Source: Takakia lepidozioides (taxonomy: Eukaryota; Plantae; Bryophyta). From it: a stretch of 64,000 nt of DNA. A model generated the notes under the pieces. It had not been told where the DNA came from. It saw only the letters and a list, made by a program, of their open reading frames with translations, and searched no databases. The position numbers and the translations under genes were made by a program. Below are positions 23,283 to 35,890 of the stretch, piece after piece; the first letter of the stretch is position 1; each line of letters opens with the position of its first letter. The stretch covers positions 50,592,001-50,656,000 of the forward strand of contig CM060733.1 in assembly GCA_030704615.1 (NCBI GenBank). The letters are read 5' to 3'.

Positions 23283-26200
23283 CGCCTCCTGGCATGGATG
23301 GAGCACATTGTCCAAGCCCACCCCAACGACCTCGATTGGCATTTTTCCGTGGATTGTGTTGTGCTGAAGGTTGCGGGGCCCAAAGATCGCAGTTCTTCTC
23401 AAGGCAATGGCCGAAATCAACTCGTAAGCTACTACCCCTCTCGCTTTTGGACTTTGAATTTGGAAGTATTCATTGCGACTCCTCATATATGATGCAAATT
23501 CCATTTCAGTATGGTTTGATGAAATGTGGCACTGCCAGGGTGACTGAGAATGCCTTCATTGCCACCAACTTGTCCCATATGCTCTTCCGAGTGAAGGATG
23601 TCGGGAAGCAGGGGGTGGGGAGTGAAAGAGTTTGCCAATTCCCTCAGTGCCGACTCCTGTGCAAGTCGGAGGCAAAAGGCAGACAAAACCTGGTATTAGC
23701 TGAGCGTCGACGCCATGGTGGACTAATATTTCGGGTAAAGCTCCTGACAGGTTTTGTTGAGCTAATCTGTCTCTCCTCCCCAATAGAAGAAATTGTGTTG
23801 AGCGGATCTCTAATCTTATGTGCGCATTCTTGACAGACGAAATACAGCAGGATTTGCCACATGCGCGGATGGTTCTACATGGAGTCAGAGGAGAAGAATC
23901 CAACCCTCCCGGAACTCGAATCGTATGTCAAAGCTGCGGAGGTGAGGGCTCGCATAAAGTACAAGTCGCGGATGGTAAAGTACGTGGCCATAGCTGATCC
24001 CGCCCTTGGTGCCGACTTTCTGGTGGAGGTGGGAAAGCACTACTCTCGCGCTCTGAAGCCCATGATGACATTGGAGAAGCTCCATCGTCTAGCCACTCCT
24101 GTGTGGATGCAACAGAAAGGTGATACATTTTCTAACCAATTGTGGTGGCAACAACTCTGTTTTGTGGTGTTTGGCGCTTACGAATATGCTGGGTGGTTGG
24201 ACAGACCCGGTGGCTCCAAATCTGGAATGGTCCCAAAGTACCAGGGACATGTGGAGGCTTCCCCAACCCGGCAAACTCTCTGACCCCACATTCGACATGT
24301 GATGAAACTTGCATGACCTGGTGGTTTCAGGTACTACAGAAGGCGCATTGCTGCTTTGTCCGCGTTCGGCTGGTCGGTGAACACGTGGCTCCGGCGAGCA
24401 TCTGCTATCTCCCCAAAAGAATAGGTTGGTTTTGTAGAGCAGAAAGTACTCGTCACATAGTCACGTAGGCTCTCTGCTGCAGGAGATATCTCCATCTTGA
24501 ACTGATGTGCTTGTGTGTCCAGCTGCTCTTGCGCATTCGCGTCACCTTGGAGATTCTCCATCAGATCGTTTTCCTGAAAAAATACAATGAATCCACCCCC
24601 TACTAGAGTAGAAGCCCCAAACAAAGCGTGGGGGCGCTGCCTTTCTTTGAAGTCCTTGCATTTCAGGATGTTAGAAGCCTCATGTGGTGTTAGGGAAAAT
24701 GGCGCCGAATTTCCAGTCAGGGCTCCGAAAATGGCTAAGTCCCTAGACTGGCTGGTCCTGAACTGGAAATTCGGCGCCATTTTCCAGTTCTAGGCCCTAT
24801 TGCCGTTCAGGGACTTGGCCATTTTCGGGCTAAGTCCCTAGACTGGCTGGTCCGGAACTGGAAATTCGGCGCCATTTTCCAGTTCTAGGCCGTTCAGGGA
24901 CTTAGCCATTTTCGGGCTAAGTCCCTAGACTGGCTGGCCCTGAACTGGAAATTCGGCGCCATTTTCCAGTTCCAGGCCCTATTGCCGTTCAGGGACTTAG
25001 CCATTTTCGGGGTAAGTCCCTAGGGTGGCTGGCCCCGAAGTGGAAATTCGGCGCCATTTTCCAGTTGTAGGCCCTATTGCCGTTCAGGGACTTAGCCATT
25101 TTCGGGCTAAGTCACTAGACTGGCTGGCCCTGAACTGGAAATTCGGCGCCATTTTCCAGTTCCAGGCCCTATTGCCGTTCAGGGACTTAGCCATTTTCGG
25201 GTAAGTCCCTAGGGTGGCTGGCCCGAAGAGGAAATTCGGCGCCATTTTCCAGTTGTAGGCCCTATTGCCGTTCAGGGACTTAGCCATTTTCGGGCTAGAT
25301 CCCTAGGGTGGCTGGCCTGGAACTGGAAATTCGGCGCCATTTTCCAAATCTAGGCCCTATTACCGTTCAGGGACTTAGCCATTTTCGGGCTAAGTCCCTA
25401 GGGTGGCTGGCCCTGAACTGGAAATTCGGCGCCATTTTTCCAGTTCTAGGCCCTATTGCCGTTCTGGGACTTAGCCATCTTCGGGCCAAACCGGGAAAAA
25501 TGGCGCCGAATTTCCAGTTCAGGGCTCTCAAGATGGCTAAGTCCCTAGGGTGGTAGTCACTGAAAACCGAAATTCGGCGCCATTTTCCATTTCTAGGCCC
25601 ACTCACATCCGCCCCAACCTGGGAAAATGGTGCCGAATATGCATTTCAGGGACCTCATTGTGTTTTTCATGAATGCAGGTACTGTAAGTTCTCCCTTTTG
25701 GAGAAAGATCATCTTTCTTTCGAGCCACCATTCTTCCTGGCATGGAGGAACCCTGGGGCTGACTCAATGTACATTGACGATATTGTGAAGGAGTGGCATC
25801 TGGAACATTTGCGTGATTGCCCTTGGTATGTGGACCTTCCGCCCGGCTCGCTCGACCCATCCGAGTTTCAATTGAAGCTAGATGCTGAATTCCGACGAAA
25901 CCGGGCTGCGCTGACTCCGTTGGGTGCAAAAGAGGCAAAAGCGCTTGCGAACTCCAGGAAAGCGGCAGAGCTTGCTCAGGCAGGAATTCAGGAGAAATTG
26001 CATGAGAAGAGTAAAGGCCAAAGGGAAAGGACAAGGAAACAGGTGAGTGCAGTAACACCCAAAAGAAGAAAACCATCGGGGCAACGGAGGAGGCGCAGGA
26101 GGGGACCCAAGAGAGTGACTCGGACGACGACTTTGTTCAAGGTCCTGCGACTGCTGTTGCTCCTACCCAGTCACCGGTCGTCCGGGTTCCCAAGTCAGTT

Positions 26201-27414
26201 CGGAGTGGGACTGGCTCTGCCAAGAAGTTGGCATTTGAGGGCGAGCCTACACGGCGGTATTCGGCGGTGACGTTTACGCACAGGCCAAAGCTAGAACCTC
26301 CAACCATCATCCAATGCGTCAATGAGAGCTTCCTTGACGCTCTCACTGCCAGGCGAAGAAGGTGGCACACAGCAAGTCTCTGGCGGAGCAGAAGGGGAAA
26401 GCCAAGAAGAGGGCTGGCGGTACAGAGCCTAAAGACACCCCTGGTTTTGAAGCCATGATGGAATTCTTCACGGCTGTGAGCACGAATTGCAAGAGCACTC
26501 GGGGGGGGGTTGAGGTGGAGAGAGCTTGCGACATGATTCTCCTCGACATTCCAGATAGGGAGCTGCTGGAGGGCCTTGATGGTGTGCCCACCTGGAACAG
26601 GTTTACTGAGGACTACTGGAAAGCCGGGTTTGGGCTGGCGGGGATGCTTCTGCCACGAGAGGGAAGACCACAGAGAATGCGGTGGCAAGGTGGACACCGA
26701 AAAGTGTCACCCCGGTCCTCCTCAGAAAATGGTTCTGCATCAGTACACAGGGGTTGCGAACAGAGGGCCAAAGTGTAAGTTATCAATCTATTGCATTCAC
26801 TTCATATTGTGGTGTATGTTAAGTAGACCCTGGAGTTGATCCCTTCTTTGTTGGATGTGCAGACATTGGTGTTTGAGGCATATTGCTTTGTGAAGAGAGG
26901 GTCTACGTTCAAATTCCGCAACGACGGTCGTCTTGTTGATGCCGTTGTGGACCCTGTAACCTACGATGTCCTCTACAACTATGTGCCCCACTCCAGTATG
27001 CCGAAGGACACAAAGACAGGCAAACCGTGGCGGTACAGCCGGACCCGGAGCCCTGCTTTCATCCAAACCCTCATGGAGACGTGCTCGGATGTCCAAGGGC
27101 GGATTCTGGACCTCACATGCGGCACGGGTAAGCCTTCATGTGCTCAGTTTGTCCCCTGGCCCGATTGCAATTGCATGCCGCAAGCTATTAACCGCCCGCT
27201 TTGTTCCTCAGGTGCTTCAATGTGGGCAGGGACGTTGTCCGACAGGCATGTGTTCGCCTTCGAGCCAAATACTGCCCTCCACAACTCGGAACTTGCAGCG
27301 GCTGAACGTCTGCCGAAAGAGGAAGAGGCATCCTCGGAGGATGAGGAAAAATCCGAGAAGGAGCAGGGGGAGGAAGTTGGGATCGAGGCCGAGGAGCCCC
27401 CGGTTTACGAGTGA
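23283..27414 (+). pseudogene. Remainder of spliced ParB-MTase gene: end of ParB-like domain, linker exons, beta-class amino-methyltransferase domain
   Basis: RLLAWMEHI..HP.D..WH..VDCVV (continues GNHR); MILLDIPD (motif IV position); RSPAFIQTLMETCSDVQGRILDLTCGTG..SMWAG...RHVFAFE (motifs X, I, II); GT-AG introns; 28-bp deletion at ~26652 relative to copy 4. Confidence 0.8.
24695..25600. repeat. Intronic tandem array, ~95 bp x ~8-9, two hairpins per unit
   Basis: Units start at ~24761, 24856, 24943, 25038, 25133, 25226, 25321, 25416; CTGGAAATTCGGCGCCATTTTCCAG and AGGGACTTAGCCATTTTCGGGCTAAGTCCCT. Confidence 0.95.
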
Positions 27415-29149
27415 GTGGTGGCATGGCAGGCGGAAGAAGCCTTTTTGGCATGGAGGGTGACTCTGACCTTTACAAGACAGTGCTCCTCCCCCTTTTGTCT
27501 GGCTCTACTTTAGGCACACAGATTGAGACGATTCAAATGTGAAATGATGACGATCCCGAGGATAAGCAGGTCGATAACGACTTTTCATGTGAGTAAGTCC
27601 TCAACCCACTTTGGGAGCCATATTCAATCTCTCAGACATCAAATTTACAGTATTAATTTTTTCTGGCTGTGACTTGCAGGAAAGGCAGCGATGGATCTTT
27701 AGGAGAAAGCCCCATTTGTGGCGAGACTGTTTTTGACAGCCCCATTTCCAATTTTCTGCTTCCTGTGTATGCCGAAGCAATGGCACTTCATACGGCTGAT
27801 ACTCTATCCCCTGATTTTTTATTGCCCGGCCGCAAGTGTTGCCAGCGTAGATCCGGAGTTCTTAAATTCTTAGACTTGGAGGCAGAGGACGCGGGGATAC
27901 ATTGTACCGACTCTGAGTCAGACTGAACTTTGTTCTTTAAATGTTCTATTTTCATCCTCGTTGGAAAACATTGAATCCCCTTACTCCACTGTAGTTGTTC
28001 CGGCAGAAAAATAAAATAAAAATCAAAGAATCCACTTTCATTAAAATGGCAATATTTATTAATCCATCCCACAAACCCCACTCACTCTTTTCATATCTAT
28101 TGTGCATTCATCTACTGTGTATTCATGCGTGCTCCATTCATGAATGTTTTCCATTACTCAACATCCATTGTTCATTCATCCATTGTACTCTGGAATCCAT
28201 CCCACAAACCCAACACACTCATCCATATACATTGTGCATTCATCTACAGTGTATTCATGCATCCTCCAGTCATGAATGTTTCCCATTATTCAACATCCAT
28301 TATACATTCATCCATTTTACTTTTACCCATCCCACATTCATTCATCTGCTTGCATTTTTCGCACTCATCCATCTATTTATCATCCACTCTACATTCATCC
28401 ATCCTGCATTTATCTGTTGCTTTCAGGTAGGAATGACCATGTCCTTTTATTATATCGTCCAGCTTGTTTCCGCGGTAAAGGGTGCTCTTCCGCGGGAATA
28501 CACTCCACTTCTTCCTTGGCGCGCGGTGACGCGGCCTTCAAGCGCGATGACGTGGAGTGAGCCCCGTGATGTGACATTGGCGCAAGGTGACGTGGTGTGA
28601 GGGCAGTTGCGCTCATGCGCTCACGCGACCAGGCTCACGCCGAGGCATCCCTGGCAGCTGGAGAAGCGCGCCATCCTTGTGCTTGAGCAGAATTTGAAGG
28701 ACTTGAATATTTCCATTGTTTCCCCGCCTCAAATGACATTGGAGGCATACATCAGGAAGTGGAGAGGTCTCACTTGGCGATACTGTTTTTTCCGGGAGTT
28801 TTCGAAGGATGGTAATATTTTGCAGTCCAACGACTTTGACAGTTAGGTTGGGGGGGAGTGGGGGTCATGATGCGAGTTGTGTACATGTGCAATGTCCAAC
28901 TGGAAACTGTATTGCCTCTTGTGAGAAATCCTTAGGCTTTGTTAGCAGTGTTCTTCACTGATAGGAAGTGAATGGCGGTGCCGACAATCACGTCCATGGC
29001 TGTGAGCTTCTACAGATAGAGATTTCATTCACATGGATTAGGGAACTTAAGGGTGCATTGAAGCTTGAGAGAAATCCAGGCATATACGAGAGATACTACA
29101 GAAGAGAGTTTTGGTTATTGCCAAATTAAAGAAATGAAAGACATGGGAC

Positions 29150-29735
29150 ATGAGTGATGAAAGAGAAGCTAGACTCCAGAAATATTCAGCAAAAAGAGAA
29201 AGTTATCTGAAAGCTAATTATCCATACCTTTGGGAGAGAAGAATAGACATTGGGGAATCATCTGGACCTCTCACACCATTAAGATCAGGGAGTACATCAC
29301 CCATACCGGAAGAACTAGAGTTGGATACCACACCTTCTTTTTCTTTGCAAGAAAGACTAAGGGAATTGGCAGAGGAAGAAGATCAACCACGAGGTGAAAG
29401 AGAAAGCCAGTGAATGGTATGCAAGATTCCTTGATAATCATTTCCTAACCTAGAATGGCTTGAATACAGCGTTCCAAAATAGGAGGACCTGTAAAACTGA
29501 GGATGAAGTGTATGGAAGTTTATAACAGTTAAAGCAAAAGAATCATGAAATTGTTGAAGAGTATATGGAAAAGATCGAATTGCTGATGGAAAAGCTGGCT
29601 GCTGTACCAGCACCAGGGTTACAGAAGGCTTGGTTTGTGAACGGACTAAGACCAAAGTTGCAAAAGAAAGTGGACATGTTACCCCACAATACATTGGAGG
29701 AGGCATTTGAAACGGCAAACAAAATTGAGCAATTG
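29150..29735 (+). pseudogene. Older retrotransposon gag remnant (continues at 36668-36820), host of the chromovirus insertion
   Basis: WFVNGLRPKLQKKVD..P.NTLEEAFE.A.KIE is a gag-like pattern; the frame resumes after the TSD. Confidence 0.65.
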
Positions 29736-31358
29736 TGTCGCGCACCTCACTTCGGTAAGCTCCCCCTCAAGTCATAGTTACTCGCTTTGATGCGCGCGCC
29801 TGACTCCCAACCGGCCGCCGGGCCAACTTGGAGCTTCGGCTGCTCACCGGGACATAACGGTCCCCCTTCGCTCTCCCAAAAGACCCTCCACCTATTTGGG
29901 CCTAGTGGAATTCCCTTTGGTAGATGGCAGTCCGGAACAGCTCCCCACTCTTTGGTCGCTTTCCGGCTCGCTCGCTTACTCACTAGTTTTTGGTCACCAA
30001 CGGGCTTGCACCGTTCTCGGGGTTACTACTCCCTATATATACTTCTGTAGTTGTCCGCGGGGGTTTCACAACCAGCCATGCCATTTTATGGCGAACCACC
30101 ACGAAGACCCTCGACTCCCGGTGGTGAGTCGCGGTGAGTCTTGGCCCTCTCACCACGACCCCCCTTGGGCCGTGATGAGTCCCAAGACTCCCCACGACTC
30201 CCACCACGAGGTCTCCGCCCTATGGTGAGTTCTATGTCACCCCCACTAAGACCCGCTAAGCTACCACCACCCCTTGTGGAGCCACCCCACCGCAACCCGG
30301 TGTGCAGGGCTCCACCTAGTGAGCGCCTCCGCCTCCTTGAGTGCCTTGGACACTCAAGGGTGCTTCAGTCCCCCATACCTATCGCTGCCGCTGCCCCCAC
30401 CACAGGCAGCCCCTCATGTGTCCCGACCCCCCGCCCTCAAGGCAAAGGGCTGCGACACACACCCCTACCAACAGGGAGTCGATGTCCTCATCGACTTGTC
30501 CATTTTGTAGAAACGAACATCCAAGTTGGCGTCCCACATCAAGGAGTTTGTTTCCGTACCATGGCGTCCCATGGCAAAGAACCAAACCCCACACTTGACT
30601 CTACTCTCCACTAGCTCGGCCGACTTCCTCCAAGTCCCGGCCAAGGGTGGAGCCTCTCCAGCTCCTCCCAGTGCACTCTTCTTGGCCTACTTCAAGGCCA
30701 AGGAACGATCCTCCCCGAGGATCGAATCGCCTTTCTGCAACAACATTGCTTGCGATCGCTCATGATGCCGCTTTTGGCATCACCTTGAGCAAGGGTTCAC
30801 CTGGAACCCTCTTTGACTAGGAAGATAGCCTTGAACCAACCGTGCGCCCCCAATCACTACAATTGGGTCCGCCTTGGAATGCTGGCCTGAGGTACGGGAA
30901 CACGCCGAAGCCGCACTACGACTTCGTCCCGAGGCTACACGATTATAGTACGTGAACGGAAGCACGTAGCTTCCACGTTAGCCCGCACTACAAGGCAACC
31001 CCCTCGGTAGCGCAGTTATAGTACGCGCACGCGCCAGGTGCGCACTAGCACGTGAACTCCCAAATAAGGCGCAAGTTTCCTTGCCCCTTGGATGGGAGTC
31101 ACCCGATTTCGGCACTGCGCAAACAAACGATTAACCCAATTTACCTCTCCCACTTTTGTAAGCTAGCATGCATTCTACACACTAGCCAACCGCACCATGC
31201 ATCACCATTCCAAACACAATAGGACGCACAATATTTGGAACCCATTTCCTTTATAACAAATTTTTGTACAATACAAGTTTTTGCAATCGGATTCCTGAGC
31301 TAGCTAAACCGGGCTAAGCATGCATTTCCTCCCCCACGCTCCAAGGTTGATGTCCCCA

Positions 31359-31888
31359 TCAACATTTCTTCCGCTTTTGAGGTCGCCCTTCGAACGCTGC
31401 AACTGCCTCGGATGCGTTTCCCATTTCTGAGGCACGCACCCAAGATGCCTCCACAAGATGATAGCCCTTCCATTTGACGAGATACTTTGTTTCTCGGTTC
31501 TTGAACCTCCTCGACTTAAGTATTGCCTCCACCTCGTACTCAAGTTCATTTTCATTATCCAACAGCATAGGTGGCGGACGCAACACTTGATGCCGATTCG
31601 GACGTGCTCCATCTTTGAAGCAAGGCTTCAAAAGGGAGACATGGAATACTGGGTGCACCTTGCTGTTTGCCGGCAGCTCCAATTCATACACATCCTCATT
31701 CATAACCTTCCGAATGCGAAAGGGACCCGCATACGGAGGTACGAACTTCGGATTCACTTCCGGAGGTAGTCGGAAATTCTTGATGTTCAACCAGACCTCT
31801 GTGCCTGCCTCAAACTTCACTTCCCTCCGCTTCCGATTCGCCTGCCTTTCATACCGTTTCCTAGCTTTGGCAATGTTGTACTTTGCGA
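31359..31888 (-). pseudogene. Integrase C-terminus (GPF) and chromodomain
   Basis: [25 protein letters not shown]...YLVKWKGY...SW. Confidence 0.92.
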
Positions 31889-34125
31889 TACCAAGCGGCT
31901 TGCCACCGCGAAGAGGAGTTGACCACAAGATTGAGGTGATACCGGGATCGGAACCGCCTGCCAAGGCGCCCTACCGGTTGAGCCACAGAGAGTTGGTCGA
32001 GCTGAAGACTCAGCTCAAGGATCTAATGTCAAAGGGGTACATCCGGCCGAGTAAGTCACCTTACGGAGCCCCGGTGCTATTCGCAGACAAGAAGGATGGG
32101 ACGCTGCGGATGTGTGTCGATTACAGGGCTCTGAATAAGGTGACTATCAAAAACCGGTACCCTTTGCCAAGGATCGACGACCTCTTCGATCGGTTGGCAG
32201 GAGCGAAGTATTTCAGCCGGATCGACTTGCGCTCCGGCTATCACCAAATTCGGGTGGCGGAAGGAGATGAGGAGAAGACCGCGTGCAGGACAAGGTATGG
32301 TTCATATGAGTTCTTGGTGATGCCTTTTGGGCTCACCAATGCACCAACGACATTTAGCACGCTGATGAACAGCCTTTTCCAGGAGTGGTTGGATGACTTT
32401 GTGATCGTGTACATCGACGACATCTTGGTGTACTCGAAACAAAGGAGGAGCACCTGGAGCACCTCAAAAGGGTGTTCCAAAAATTGCGGGAAGGGAAGCT
32501 GTATGCCAAAGCTTCAAAGTGCGAATTCGGGGTCACAAAAGTGGAGTTCCTGGGGCATGTGATTACACAGGATGGGATCAAAATGGATGACAGAAAGGTG
32601 AGGGCGATCTTGGACTGGGAGCCTCCGACTTCGGTCCCGGGAGTGCGATCCTTCCTAGGACTCGCCTCCTATTACCGGAAGTATGTGAGAAATTTCGCCA
32701 AGATCGCGGGCCGCTGTCGGACCTTCTGTGTAAATCCAAAGTCTGGGTATGGAACACATTTTTGGCCAGCTTTTGCTGAATTGAAGCAGCGGATGACGGA
32801 AGCTCCAGTCTTGAAAATCCCGGAGTTCGATCGTCCGTTTGAGATTCATACAGATGCATCGGACTTCGCGATTGGGGGTGTACTTATGCAAGATGGACGT
32901 CCAGTGGCTTACGAAAGTAAGAAACTGAATGAAGTGGAGCGACGGTGGCCGACGCACGAAAAAGAGATGAAGGCGGTGGTGCATTGCCTTGAGCTCTGGC
33001 GCCACTATGTTGGTTCCAACCCAGTGAAGGTGTTTCACGGACAATGTCACGGTGAAGTATTTTGCCACGCAGCCCAAGTTGTCCCCAAAACAACTTAGGT
33101 GGCAAGATACTTTGGCAGTGTTCGACGTGGATATCCAGTACAAACCGGGACGGGACAATGTGGTGGCCGATGCTTTAAGTAGAAAGCAGCAGCTCTTGTT
33201 GGTGTACAAGGGCGAGACGGCGCTCCAAAGGAAGATCCGGAAGGCTTGCCGGAAGGATGAGCTGGCAAAGTGCGTGATGCAGGACTTGAGAATGGGGGTT
33301 AAATCGCAGTTCCACTTGCAAAATGGACTGCTCCGGTATAAACAAAAACGTCTCTACGTGCCAAAGGGAGGGATCAGAGATAGCCTCTTGAGAGAATGCC
33401 ATGATAGCCCGCTTGCGGGCCACGGCGGAGCCAAGCGCACTGCGGCACTCTTGAAGAAAGAGTATTTCTGGCCCAAACTGAGGGAGGAGGCAGAGGAGTA
33501 TGTCAAGACATGCACCACATGCCAACAAAACCGGAGCGAGTACAAAAAGCAAGCGGGGCTGTTACAACCCTTGCCGATTCCAGAGGGGACTTGGGAAAGC
33601 GTCTCGATGGATTTCATGACTGCTATGCAGCTGTCAAAAGGATTCGATGCAATCATGGTGGTGGTGGATAGGTTCAGTAAAATGGGGCCATTTCATCCCC
33701 ACCAAGGAGACGGCAACGGCGCAGGAGACAGGGCGACTTTACTTCGCCCACGTCTTAAAGCATCATGGAGTCCCGAAGGATATTGTCTCGGATCGCGATC
33801 CAAAGTTTACGAGTAAATTTTGGAGGACACTTTGGAAGAAGATGGGGACGAGGCTGAAGATGAGCACCGCCTACGGCCAAACGGAAAGAGTGAATTCCGT
33901 AGTGAAGCAATTCTTGCGGAATTACGTGTCGGCAGACCAATCAGACTGGATGGAAACACTTAGACGCGGCAGAGTTCTGTTATAATAACACAGAACACTC
34001 TGCAACGGGAGTTTCCCCTTTCGTATTGGTCTATGGAAAAGCACCTCTGGTGCCGACAAGTTGGGCCGCCCAGGACGTTGAGGAACCGGCAGTAGCGGCG
34101 GTACTGGAAGAACGCAAGCGTTTGT
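31889..34125 (+). pseudogene. RT-RNaseH-integrase block, inverted relative to its element
   Basis: [46 protein letters not shown]. Confidence 0.95.
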
Positions 34126-35890
34126 CCGGCATCACATCCTGGTATTTCTCCAAAATCCCCTTGATCCAATCTGGGCTCGGCTCCCCATCGCCTTCTCCTT
34201 TCACTTCTCTAATGTAAGCAAAAACTGGGACTCGTGTGCCTCCTCCACGGCCCACTCCTTTGCTGACAGAAGGTTTATTCGCCCTCCCACGGATTTGGGC
34301 GTTTCCGACACTCGTAAAACCTCGCCACCATTCCCACATGGCAGCGTGACTACTCTCTTGCGGCCATCTATGACCGCTCCGGATTTGCTCAAAAGGTCAT
34401 CCCTAAAATGAGATCCACTCCATCGATCTCGCAGATAGTGAAGTTCTCACATCCCTCCCACAACCCCAGTTGAAGAGGAACATCAAACGCCAACCTTGTC
34501 GCCAACTGAGGTTCTCCTTGGCAGAGCGCACCTCAATAGAGGCCCCCACGTCACTTGTCGGGAGTCCCAACTTTCGCGCCGCCGCCGGCGTCATGAAGGA
34601 GTGCGACGCTCCTGTGTCCACCAACAACGACACGTTAGTTCCGGATATTATCCCATCCACGAACAATAACTGACTCCCTTTACGCAGGGCGCCAGTTTCC
34701 TGATACAACTCACAAGAATAGTTGCCTACCTTGCAAGTCCTGGCGACCACCGCTTCCACCAAGCGACTGATGGTATCTTCCGACAGCTCCTTGGTCGCCC
34801 GAGTCATGTTCAATTGCCAGGGCTTCGTGCACTTCTTGGCCATGTGCCCGGGCTCCCCGCAATTGAAACACACTCCATCAAAGGTCGCCTTCTGTCCGCC
34901 ATAAGCCGCTCCACCCGCTTTTCCTTTCGAAGCACCGGGTGCCGCCTTGACGTGTGAAGGCCCTCCCTTCGATTTCCATGTGCCATTTTCGCCGCGTGGC
35001 CTATCCCACTTCTTTTCCGGTCGGGAGGAATCACCTTCCCGCCGGGTCTTCTTGTGGTTCAGCTCCGTACGGTCTTGTCTCTCACCCCTAGGGACATCCG
35101 AGAAACATTCAGCTCTCTCAATTGCCTCGTTCAAAGTCTTGGGTGGCTTCTCCTCCAACTTCCGCCTAGCCCATGGGGCCAGTCCCGCCACAAAGTTGAA
35201 GACCATTTCTGGTTCTGCCATGTCTGCGACTTCGAGCAACAGCACATTGAAAGCCTGGACATACCCCCGAATGTCATCTGTTTGCTTCAAATTCCTCATC
35301 TTGTCCCGGCAAGCCAGGATGCGTTGAGGGGCACAAACTGTCTCTTCATCAATTCCTTACACCCACTCCAGTTCAAGGTTTCCGGGCTTGGGCCTCGGTC
35401 GTGAAGGCGTTTCTGCCACCATTGTTGAGCATAGCCCCTCAAATAGGTGGGAGCCACTTCCACCCGATCCTCGTCACTCAACTTGGCCGCCCGGAAGTAC
35501 TGCTCTAGCTCCAGGAGCCAGGTGTTGAGTGCCTTCCGGTTTCGAACGCCCTCGAAGGTGCCGGGTTCCTTAGGCTTCACCTTAAACTTTGCCTTAGTGG
35601 AAGTGGCATTAGCCGCCTTCAATACGTCTTTCAACGTCCCGCCAAACTGCGCCAACAACCCTTCCCAAAAGGCTACCGGCATGGGAGGCATCTCTTGGTT
35701 TGTCGGAGCTCTCAAGGATTCCTCGGCTTCGACTCCTCGGATTCCTCCCGCTCCTGAGCGGCCTCGTTTTCGGAAACATTCATCGCTTCCTCAAACGGCC
35801 GCCTCGGTGACACGTCGCCCCCATCGGGCTCACCGGGATCATCATCTTTTGGGCCGTTCCGCTTTCGCTTCGGCTTGCCCGACCCCATGA
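34126..35890 (-). pseudogene. gag (CCHC knuckle) and aspartic protease, frameshifted
   Basis: CFNCGEPGHMAKKC; LLVDTGASHSF. Confidence 0.9.

Larger units (their letters stand above)
15050..27424. mobile_element. Large Mutator-like DNA transposon with ParB-methyltransferase cargo, copy 1 (left TIR present, right end lost, two internal inversions)
   Basis: TIR GAGGTTTGCTATTTCATGAGC at 15050; contains MULE transposase, ParB-MTase gene and palindrome arrays; identity with copy 4 stops at ~27424. Confidence 0.8.

Noticed and set aside
24695-25600. CRISPR array (regularly spaced palindromic repeats; also 15420-15710, 19300-20000, 55700-56480)
   Set aside because: In the regular arrays the 'spacers' are themselves repeated; in copy 2 spacing is irregular; no cas genes; eukaryotic intron/TE context
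31615-32562. 315-aa ORF with a novel N-terminus fused to RT (similarly 16317-17252 and 24334-24780)
   Set aside because: Chimeric frames created by inversion junctions
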